In this document: positions 49,834 to 64,000 of the stretch, one piece after another | How positions within the stretch are numbered: position 1 is the first letter of the stretch | How the letters are laid out: every line of letters starts with the position of its first letter | Assembly (NCBI GenBank): GCA_002269645.1 | Contig: NIVC01000670.1 | Coordinates: forward strand, 186,001-250,000 | Direction of reading: 5' to 3' | DNA from: Macrostomum lignano | Lineage: Eukaryota | Length of the DNA: 64,000 nt | Made by a program: the position numbers and the translations under genes | Notes under the pieces: model-generated | The model's input: the letters and a program-made list of their open reading frames with translations, nothing else | The model's database searches: none | Told to the model about the DNA's origin: nothing

Positions 49834-51296
49834 TTAGCCTACTTTAGTCTGCTCGAATCGCACGTTGAGATACTTTGTGATCTCCTCACGCAGGTAGTAC
49901 TGACGTCTATCTTGCTTGTCGGCCTTGTCAGGATGGTAGTGCGATAGGGCCACCATCAGGCGCTTTCTAAGCGGAAGATCCGCATCTGGCAGCTTGTTGT
50001 CTCCAATGGAGTACACCTTATAGATGTGCTCAAGAAAGTGTTCAATGCCGCGATCGTAATTGGTCTTGATGTCGGCCAGAGTACCGTCTGACTCCAGAAC
50101 TTTGCGCAGCTCAGCGTCGTGACGCTTGGCCCCGCGCTCCTGAAGGATGCGCAGTCCCCGCTCCGCTGCGGCGAACCAGTTCTCAGAGCGACAGCCGATT
50201 TCGTGTTCACCTGTCAGGTGGCAAAGTATCAGCTGAATGCAGCGCTTGAAAAACTTTTCGGCTGAATTTTCAGCGTTGAAAACATTCAAGTAGAGACTGC
50301 CGATGTCGGAACAGATCTCCGCCTCTAGAACAATGTCTATGTCATCTTCCGAGATTAGGTTGAGGGCAGCCTGTGTTTCCAGAGAAAAATGTTTTTGGTT
50401 ATGCTTTAGAACAATGAATTAGCTATGAGCGTATAAGACCTCAAATTCGATGTTAACCCTACCCTCAGGTGGTCCATGCCAAGCAGAGCTTCGTCCGTCA
50501 TTTGCGTCGCGCTGTTCTCGCCCAGATTCTGACAGAATGCCTTGCCTCGCTACAGTTCAACCCTGCTGTGGAACACGGCCTCCTGGATGCGCTGATCTTC
50601 GCGCAGAGTCTCGAGCTCGCTGTGCAAACAATCAAAGGCATCGTCGGTTGCATTCCGACTAAGAACTCGTTCGGCCTCCTGTATGGGAAAAGGCATCTTA
50701 GCAATGTAGCTGTACGCAAGGCCGTAGTTGAGCTTCTTGTCCAGAGCAACCGACAGGTGCAATAGCCGATTGGCGTAGTCAATAAAGACACCGGCGACCA
50801 CTTCAAGGTACTCAGTGTTGCTAAAGCTGTAGCGACCAATCACGTCGCACACGCGGGCAAGATTGTCCACCAGAGCCTGGTCAGTCTCAAGATTCAGTGT
50901 CAGACTGTACATGTCCAGCAGGTCTTCCGGGAACTGCTGGACGAATCGTTGGCGCCAGCGCTCGCCCTCGCTGCCAGCCGACTTCGTCCACAGAGTGGCC
51001 TGGCGCCACGCCTCCGAGAAGCAGGCCAGGCTGGAGTGCAGGTGGTCCCAGGCTCGACTCCGCTGCTGATTGGTCCACTCAGCCAGACAGAGCTCCTTGT
51101 GCGCCACGCCGGAGTTCTTTCTGCACAGGCCCCGATCCCTGGCTGACGTGGCCGTCTCCAGGCCGAGTTTGTAGCAGTCCAGAGCCGACCACAGGTGGCG
51201 CCGCTTGTCGGCAACGCGGCTAGAAGCTTTCGCGCTCTTGAAATGAGCGTTGCCACTCTGTCGGTGCTGCTCGCTGATGCTGCTTGCTTTGGACAT
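49834..51296 (-). pseudogene. TPR-like + C-terminal HPD (J-like) protein, copy A; exons 51296-50463 and 50370-49834; in-frame TAG at 50550-50552
   Basis: SEQHRQSGNAHFK TPR-like start and ALSHYHPDK...EEITKYLN end; colinear with copy B; frame continues past the stop. Confidence 0.75.
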
Positions 51297-53041
51297 GTCT
51301 CTGGGTATCCTAGGCTAGAGATTATAGGGCGCAGAAGTGTGTATTTTTAACATACGCTTGAATTCGCGTCTTTTTAAGCTTGTCAAGAATCCAGGAGATA
51401 AATTCCAGTTTGTATTTCCTGCACCATTTAATATCCAACTAAAAATGTACAGATGCCTTCCAGGGTTGAGCAGTGGCACAGGAAATTTTGATACCTTGTT
51501 TAGGCATTCTAATCGTTCTAACCATACTTAACTTTATCGACCAATTCTTATACTGTACTTTTTTAAATACATGACTGTACTGCTGAGTTCGCTTCGTTTT
51601 TTGTCAGGTATGCTCAAATGAGTTTGCTGTACTGCTTTTTGCGTACTGCAACTCGATGCCAATTATCAGCACACAAAGCGCGTCTCTCTAATAAGGCTTC
51701 TATTTTTAGACATGAATCTATCGGGGCATTAAGACTTTTTCTATTTCTCCATTGCCAAGAGAAGTGTCTGGATGGCGTGAATGGGTCTCACCAATTCACA
51801 CTGGCTGTAAATTGAGTTTGGAAGAGTTCCCATAAGGTAATTGAAAACTATTTCGGCGAATAGGATATATTTTAGATTTTGTATATGGATTGGCAAATGT
51901 CATTTCGACAAAACAATTTGTTTTTTTACGGCAATTAAGCCCTGTCCTGATTACAAATGGTTTTATACATACTGTATATTGCTAAAAGAAAGTTAGCGGC
52001 ACCAAGGCTTTTTTATTGGAAATGGAAAAGCTGAAATTTTTTCATCCTTCTTGACTTCGCGGATAGAACTGGAACCAGCAGTTGCTATGGCAAACTTAGC
52101 GTGACACGTTTATTTGCCATATCCTCTTTTTCTTTAGTCTTACTTCTCTTAATAACTAAAAAATAGAATGCCAAATAAATTCTAAGCCACCTGTGCATAG
52201 TAAAATAAATTTACACGTGCTGCTGTGTGCACTGCAGTAATTCTTTAGGCCACTATAAAAAGTTTTTCCAAACATCAAGCATTTCTCCGAAAGTGGTCAG
52301 CTTGCTTGAAGTCAACCCTCTCCAAATTTTAAAATGAAAGTCTTCTTAACTGATGCCCCCCCCTCTGCTATCTTCCAAAAGATGTGAAACGCAAAAGGCC
52401 TCAGAGCACAGACAGCAATTGTTGCCATTGACAGTTGGTATAATTCACTAGAAATAAATAATAGAAACGTAACGCAATTTAGACTTCAGGCTGAGAAAAC
52501 CGCTCAAAAACTGAATTTCTACTATATTAAAAAGTGTCTAACTTGATAGCGATTTGATTTACTGCGCAAAATGGCATGCTAAAACAATAGTAAAGGGGTG
52601 CAGTCAGCTCAAGCTCCGAAGAGCAGTCCAGCCCCTTGGACCAAAAGGCCAAAGGATATCTTAAGGAGAGGTCTCAGAAAAGTGAAGCTGAGTGTAGATT
52701 ACATGTATGTAGATTTTACAGGTTAAAGCCTTAAAAGCGATTTGCAATATAGTCGAGTGTTACATCCCGATCCAACGGTAACTTCTAGTTTGTCCTTGGG
52801 GTATATGTAATTACCTTCTGTCTTGTCAGCAAACACAGTATAAGTAATGGTTAATAGCTATTAAGGTTTCATAAACAGTCGTAGTGATATTGATTATAAT
52901 TACTAGATCTAAAATTTATGGTATTCTAGATCTGAATAAATAAGTAAGTAATACATGAAATGTATATTGCATACATGTGCCTACTGAGTTAGTAGTAGAA
53001 GTACGAGTAGTCTTGATCATTTTATCCCGCAGTTCAGCTGC

Positions 53042-53319
53042 CTACTCTCGTTCAACCGCTGAGCCGGCCGGAGCCATGGCCTTGACCTCCTGGGCGTCCT
53101 GCATCAGGGCGCAGAGCGGACAGCACAGGTGCGCCAGCAGGTCGCTGACGAAGCGGCCGGGGATGCCCTGCTTCTCGCGGATCTTGCCGCGCACAATGGC
53201 GCCGAGGCAGGGCGACACGAACAGGTAGCCGATGCCGCAGAGCAGGCAGCTCTCCTGCACGGCCTCCGCGTTCTTGCCGAAGGTGTAGCAGGGAACCAGA
53301 TAGGTGACGATGCACAGGC
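53042..53319 (-). CDS. PLAC8/cornifelin-family Cys-rich protein, terminal exon (upstream exon not located)
   Basis: GLCIVTYLVPCYTFGKNAEAV...RGKIREKQGIPG....DLLAHLCCPLCALMQDAQEV is the PLAC8 signature; cgcag acceptor at 53320. Confidence 0.85.
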
Positions 53320-53374
53320 CTGCGACAGGGGAGGGTCAATAATTTCATTTGTTATAATAGCTGCATTCATTTTG

Positions 53375-53545
53375 ACTTGGGCATCTTCCATAGTGGTTAT
53401 AGAGCGTCGGACTCACGACTGAAAAGTCGGAGGTTCGATTCTTGATCCACTCGGAATTCAATTTGTGTCCTTGAGCAAGACACTTAGCTCTCCATTGCTT
53501 CAGTTCACCCAGTTGTAAACTTGGTAGCGGCATTAGCAGGGGTAA
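53375..53545 (+). mobile_element. tRNA-derived SINE with CORE-like body
   Basis: B box GGTTCGATTC; TGTGTCCTTGAGCAAGACACTT CORE-like motif; related to 315-450. Confidence 0.78.
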
Positions 53546-55282
53546 TGCAATTAGTTAGAAATTGTTTCGTTGACATTACATGTACAAGTTTTGTACAGTA
53601 AGACAATACAAATTAAGAGAGCTAGCTTGGCATAAAATATTTATGAAATCCTTGATTTCACGAACAAAACTCTGCAAACGTCGATAACACAGGCAAGTCA
53701 TTAGTAGAAACGGGACATTTTATTTGCTTCCGATTAAAACCTGCGATTTTTTTGTATTTGAAAAATATATCGTGTACTTATTTCGCTTTTATAATTTTTT
53801 GCGTAAAGCGAACCTAAATTTTTTTACCGAGAAACACAATTTTATTTAATTGGATGCTTAAAAAGATTTATGAAGTCGTTTTAGAGCTTTTTTATTTAAA
53901 ACGTTAAACAGCAGCTTCTCCCGACGTATTTGTCAGTTCACTGCTTTTCAACCAGTTTCAACCAGCCATTTAAACAAAGTACAAGACTTGGATCTGAAGT
54001 GTTATTTGGTTTAGATTGATTTCTTCATTTTTTTAATTTTGAAAAAATCCCTTCCCTAGCTGGCTTTTTGCTTCAAAAGTCCAACAATTTTTCATTGTAA
54101 ATGTTGTGTAGCCAAGGCTTAAAGTTTTCCAGTTGAGTTGAAAAGTAAAGTGCTAGGTGCGCACAGTTGCTTTATTTATATTTTTTTATTGAAGAAAAAC
54201 TACATAATCGATATTTTAACTACTCTAGAAAAACTGCACGATCGATAAATTCAAGAGCTAGCGATATCACGTGATTAATAATACATTATACGGATAATTT
54301 ATCAACTACTCTACTTAAAGTGGCAGTATAAGTAATAGACAATAATAATAATATAAGTAGCATTTACGTTATAGTAGAAATATTCGTAAAATATTCTCTA
54401 TCATTAAGTTGGTCTGTCAGGTTACACGACACAACAGTAAATATAGACCATCCATATCGCTGCAATTGCCAAACCAACTAACAAACAGCTTGTTGATAAC
54501 GTAGCTTATTTAAAATTAACCGGAAGCCGGAAATGAAGTATATTAGTCGGATCGCAGGTGCATAATTTATACCTTTTTGCGACCTAGTTTGCCAAAAAAT
54601 TCAATCAATTTTGCCCAAGAAGAATGCTCATATATTCATAAGTTCAGGAGTGCATGTGTACGCACAGAGACATTTAGCCACTGAAATGAAGAAAGAGGTC
54701 AGTTGGTTGTCATGCAGTCATAGATGTCTACCAATTGGTAGACATACCACTACCAGCTCTAGACACGTTTGAATATTGGTTCACCCACGGAATGCACTTC
54801 TGCTGGGTGATGACATGCATTCATCAAGGCCTCTACCTCTCGTTTGAGCACTGGCATGCGATGCTGTTCCATCGTATAGCGTTCGCTGCTTGAGCCAAGC
54901 TTCAGTTGGATTGGACTTCACGTTGAATGGCTGTATCCTTCGTAAAAACCCACCACCACCACCCAGTTGTAAGGTCCACACTGGGCCATTTTTGCTCTTT
55001 TCATGTCTATTGTCTCTGGTGCTTAGTTTTTCTATGGGCAAACTATAGGTCGCAGTTTTGGCAAAATTCAATGTAGTTTTCGGACATATTATAGTCTATA
55101 TGGCTCAAGCTGGGGTCGTAATGGACATCGGATATGGCCCTTGGGTACGAGTTTCCGCGGGCCGAATGATCGGTATAGCATGCTCTCCAGAAGTCGGAAT
55201 TTTCTCGTATTGCGTTCTTGAGAGCATGCTAAATGCACTTGCGATACGGCAAATATACGAGCGTAAGTTCCTTACTGGCAAT

Positions 55283-55662
55283 CAGGGGCGTCGCCACCGG
55301 GGGGGGACAGGAGGGACATGCCAATGCTTTGTCCCCCCACTCCACTTTTGTTGACCTGTGATGGAATCAATAACTTTGCTTCAGGGCGACAAAAAAGGTG
55401 CCTGCGGCGCTAAAATGAGTGCATGCGGCGCTAAAATGAGTGCCTGCGGCGCTAAAATGAGTGCCTGCGGCGCGAAAATGGTGCATGCGGCGCTAAAATG
55501 AGGGCCTACTACAGCGCTAAAATGAGTGCCTGCGGCGCTAAAATGAGTGCCTGTGGCGCTAAATTAATCGCTGACAAATACGATTCTGAAAATAATGTAC
55601 ATGTAGTCATGTACATGTAGAAGTCTTGTCCCCCCACCATAAAATCCATGGTGGCGCCCCTG
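55283..55662. mobile_element. hAT-type MITE with internal 21-bp tandem repeat
   Basis: TIR CAGGGGCG(T)CGCCAC/GTGGCGCCCCTG; imperfect TSD (CTGGCAAT vs CTATGGCAAT). Confidence 0.7.
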
Positions 55663-56664
55663 CTATGGCAATACACGCATCGAGCAAGATGTACGAAATC
55701 TCCCAATACTGCTGGGTTGCTTCAGCAAGATTACACTCTGAAACGTTTAAAAAGAACATGCCAGCCTTACCGAAATCGTCAAGCAGCCGCACAATCCATG
55801 CTTGAACTGGTTGGACATTTCCTCAGGTATAAACCGCAGTTGAAGTGCCAAATACCTTCAAAAGATGCTCACTGTAGGATGTGCCTGGATCGCATTAAGA
55901 AACGCCCGTGAGCGCCAGTCTGCAGACTATAAATATTCAGCAAAGTGTGGAGGAGAAATAGGGGGAAGCTGATGAAAGCTGCAGGGCACAGGGTTAGACC
56001 AAGGCCGGTGGGTTGGTCGAAAGCTGGCGTTAAAAGTTATTATTGATCGGCAACCAGCAACTCTCTCCCAACACGACCAAGCACCGATCATCCCTACCGT
56101 GCGTAGTTAAGGATCGGACCATGCATCCGAACGGCGAAGCTTCAACTTCTTCAAGGTCGTTGCGTTCTGCCATCGCTGCGCATGCGCAGTTAATACATGA
56201 ATATTACCATACACCAGCATTATCGCTGTACGCGAAGGTGGGAAAGAAATCATTGCCAGGTGTTAACCCCCAGCTGCACAGGCGCCTCTCTGCTGTCTAT
56301 CATATCATTTGCCTGCAGTTATTTTTCTTCTTTCGCACCATGTTAGCTTTTGCTGCCCTAGCTTGCTCTGCAGATTTTTATGCTGCGAGTAAAAGATTGT
56401 GTTTAACCATCTTGAAGTCAGATACTTCCAAATATTTTTAATCTCTCCGATGCAATTCACAATGTGTTTGCAGCGTTGAGTAAAATTAGGATTAGTTTAT
56501 CAGTAGAAATCAGCAGTCAGGCCAGAAATGTCTGACTCTGGCGTCAGTGTATGAATACCTGCGTTCGGTTCCGAGCGCGGCAACATTAATTCAGAGGGAT
56601 CGAATGCGCAAAAATTGGTCTGGAGCTTGTCGTATAATTTGGGGTCAAGCCCTATCTAACTGAC

Positions 56665-56864
56665 TGACCGACTAAAACTGTCTAGCTAACTAACTAACAA
56701 TTCAACTAACTAACTATCTAACTAACTATCTAACTGACTAACTGACTAACTATCTAGCTAACTAACTAACTAAGTACCTAGTTACAAGTACCTAAGTAAG
56801 TAAGTAAGTAAGTAAGTAACTAACTAACTAACTAACTAACTAAGTAAGTAACTAACTAACTAAG

Positions 56865-56905
<41 letters not shown>

Positions 56906-56906
56906 G

Positions 56907-56939
<33 letters not shown>

Positions 56940-56996
56940 CTAACTAAATAACTGACTAACTGACTAGCTAACCAACTAACTAACTAACTAACTAAG

Positions 56997-57033
<37 letters not shown>

Positions 57034-57095
57034 GACTAACTGACTAAACTATCTAACTAACTAGCTAACCAACTATCTAACTTCCTACCTAACTA
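56665..57095. repeat. (ACTA)n/(AAGT)n microsatellite
   Basis: Read directly. Confidence 0.95.
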
Positions 57096-57929
57096 AATGG
57101 GTAAACTCGATCAGCCATTAAAGCAATGTAGCTCTTAGCTGAACGCCGCATTGCCAAAAATGTATTGCATAATTTTGTTATATAGTTATCATTACTATAC
57201 TAAAAGTAGTATGTTGACAACTTCCAAATAAAGCAGCACTGTTTGGAGTGCATTGATTGCATGAATTGAGAAGAATAAACTAACTAAACAAAACAGATAG
57301 TTTTAAACAATAACTGCTGAAAAACATAACAAGAAAAATGCCAGCAGACAGCGGCAGGAGATCAAAGGGCAACAGGTCTTATATTGTTTCAACTTGTAAT
57401 ATTCTTGGTGCTTGAAGTTTTTCCATAAATGCTAAAAGAAGTTCAGATTACTTGACATTTTTCGTCATACTGTAGGAAAAATAAAATACTAACGCTGACA
57501 GCAAAAGTAAATAAAAAATAAAAAAGTTATTTATTAAAAAGTTTGCACTAATGTAGCGGAATAGCAAGGGAATAAGAGTAATAATAACTACTTTTTTTAA
57601 AATACCCTTCCAATATCTTTAACGTTTCAGAAATTTTTGATAATATTTTCTGTGACAATTCACCGACATTCTGTATGACACATTCCCCTGTCATGTCTAC
57701 AAACAAGTGTTTACCAATTTTATAACAACTTTGACTATTCCCCAACTAGTGAAATACCTCCTCCTAAGTAATTTCTGCAAAAAAGTATTGTTTTCTGAAT
57801 TACGTCTCTAGACCTTGGAGAACTCCTTTAACGACTATTTGACTTCGTATAATTGACTACTAAACACACATAAATGAACGATAAACTTTAAAGAAAGTCG
57901 GAATAATTCCACTCAGTCAGCCCGGTCAA

Positions 57930-61974
<4,045 letters not shown>

Positions 61975-62239
61975 TTTTCTTTAACTGCTGATTGATTGCT
62001 TCAATTGGCTTTTTTTCTGGTAAAATTCAGCCAAACTAAAAACCAATGCAGCAATACGAAATGCATGGTGCACCAGTCTGATGATAATAATCCTAATGAT
62101 ACATTGTTATGAGCTTACTGTGTATTATGTGCATGCCGGTGAATATTGATCACTACTGAGTTCAGAGAATTTACATGCTCTGAATAACTTTTGTGTAAAA
62201 ATCCATTACTATGCTGAATCAAGAATGGAGGTACTGGTG

Positions 62240-64000
62240 ACAGTGGCCTGAAATATTGGTGGTGGCCTGAAATAATAGTGGTGGCCTGAAATAATAGTGG
62301 TGGCCTGAAATATTGGTGGTGGCCTGAAATATTGGTGGTGGCCTGAAATAATAGTGGTGGCCTGAAATAAAAGTGGTGGCCTGAAATAATGGTGGTGACC
62401 TGAAATAATGTGGTGGCCTGAAATAATGGTGGTGGCCTGAAATAATAGCGGTGGCCTGAAATAATGGTGCTGGCCTGAAATATTGGTGGTGGCCTGAAAT
62501 ATTGGTGGCAGTGGCCTAAAAGATTGACGGCAGTGGCCTGAAAGATTGGTGGTGGCCTGAAATATGGTGGCAGTGGCCTGAACTACTGGGGGTGGCTTGA
62601 ACTATTGGTGGCGGTGGCCTGAACGATTGATGGCAGTGGCCTAAAGGATTGGTGCCAGTGGCCTAAAGGATTGGTGGCGGTGGCCTGAAAGATTGGTGGC
62701 GGTGGCCTGAAAGATTGGTGGCGGTGGCCTAAAGGATTGGTGGCGGTGGCCTAAAGGATTGGTGGCAGTGGCCAAAGGATTGGTGGCAGTGGCCTAAAGG
62801 ATTGGTGGCAGTGGTCAAAGGATTGGTGGCAGTGGCCTAAAGAATTGGTGGCAGTGGCCAAAGGATTGGTGGCAGTGGCCTAAAGGATTGGTGGCAGTGG
62901 CCAAAGGATTGGTGGCAGTGGCCTAAAGGATTGGTGGCAGTGGCCAAAGGATTGGTGGCAGTGGCCTAAAGGATTGGTGGCAGTGGCCAAAGGATTGGTG
63001 GCAGTGGCCTAAAGGATTGGTGGCAGTGGCCAAAGGATTGGTGGCAGTGGCCTAAAGGATTGGTGGCAGTGGCCAAAGGATTGGTGGCAGTGGCCAAAGG
63101 ATTGGTGGCAGTGGCCTAAAGGATTGGTGGCAGTGGCCTAAAGGATTGGTGGCAGTGGCCAAAGGATTGGTGGCAGTGGCCTAAAGGATTGGTGGCAGTG
63201 GCCAAAGGATTGGTGGCAGTGGCCTAAAGGATTGGTGGCAGTGGCCAAAGGATTGGTGGCAGTGGCCTGAAAGATTGGTGGCGGTGGCCTAAAGGATTGG
63301 TGGCGGTGGCCTAAAGGATTGGTGGCAGTGGCCAAAGGATTGATGGCAGTGACCTAAAGGATTGGTGGCAGTGGTCAAAGGATTGGTGGCAGTGGCCTAA
63401 AGAATTGGTGGCAGTGGCCAAAGGATTGGTGGCAGTGGCCTAAAGGATTGGTGGCAGTGGTCAAAGGATTGGTGGCAGTGGCCTAAAGAATTGGTGGCAG
63501 TGGCCAAAGGATTGGTGGCAGTGGCCTAAAGGATTGGTGGCAGTGGCCAAAGGATTGGTGGCAGTGGCCTAAAGGATTGGTGGCAGTGGCCAAAGGATTG
63601 GTGGCAGTGGCCTAAAGGATTGGTGGCAGTGGCCTAAAGGATTGGTGGCAGTGGCCAAAGGATTGGTGGCAGTGGCCTAAAGGATTGGTGGCAGTGGCCT
63701 AAAGGATTGGTGGCAGTGGCCTAAAGGATTGGTGGCAGTGGCCAAAGGATTGGTGGCAGTGGCCTAAAGGATTGGTGGCAGTGGCCTAAAGGATTGGTGG
63801 CAGTGGCCTAAAGGATTGGTGGCAGTGGCCTAAAGGATTGGTGGCAGTGGCCAAAGGATTGGTGGCAGTGGCCTAAAGGATTGGTGGCAGTGGCCTAAAG
63901 GATTGGTGGCAGTGGCCAAAGGATTGGTGGCAGTGGCCTAAAGGATTGGTGGCAGTGGCCTAAAGGATTGGTGGCAGTGGCCTAAAGGATTGGTGGCAGT
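62240..64000. repeat. Satellite grading from a 19-20-bp unit into a 21/22-bp unit (GGATTGGTGGCAGTGGCC[T]AAA)n; runs off the window
   Basis: Read directly. Confidence 0.95.

Noticed and set aside
54440-56190. Candidate PLAC8 first exons (near 54440-54490 and 56090-56185)
   Set aside because: Neither has a convincing PLAC8 N-terminal motif, and the first has a weak donor site
62240-64000. Telomeric repeat
   Set aside because: No TTAGGG-type unit

Overview
Repeat-rich, intron-containing animal genomic DNA. GC-rich codons, AT-rich intergenic DNA and minisatellite-filled introns suggest a Macrostomum-like flatworm (inference only). Host genes: the 3' end of hyccin/FAM126; a tail-to-tail pair of DM9-domain lectin genes, with three perfect heat-shock elements about 0.8 kb upstream of copy a; a tail-to-tail pair of RPA1 genes that are near-identical over the DNA-binding core but diverged in the N-terminal domain; a PLAC8-family exon; and two tandem paralogues of an uncharacterised TPR-like + HPD (J-like) protein. 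One of these paralogues has a premature TAG; the other has three extra introns largely occupied by tandem repeats. The rest is nested mobile DNA, much of it with readable TSDs: hAT-type MITEs, two CCC-ended CACTA-like elements, a P-element derivative, RTE LINEs, tRNA-derived SINEs, a Crypton-type recombinase relic and solo LTRs. The most unusual structure is a repeat-spacer array of [LTR end + tRNA-Leu primer-binding site + distinct spacer] units with a period of about 53 bp. It lies inside a TSD-bounded solo LTR at 37.6-38.0 kb, and a second array lies at 44.0-44.2 kb. All calls come from manual reading; no database searches were run.
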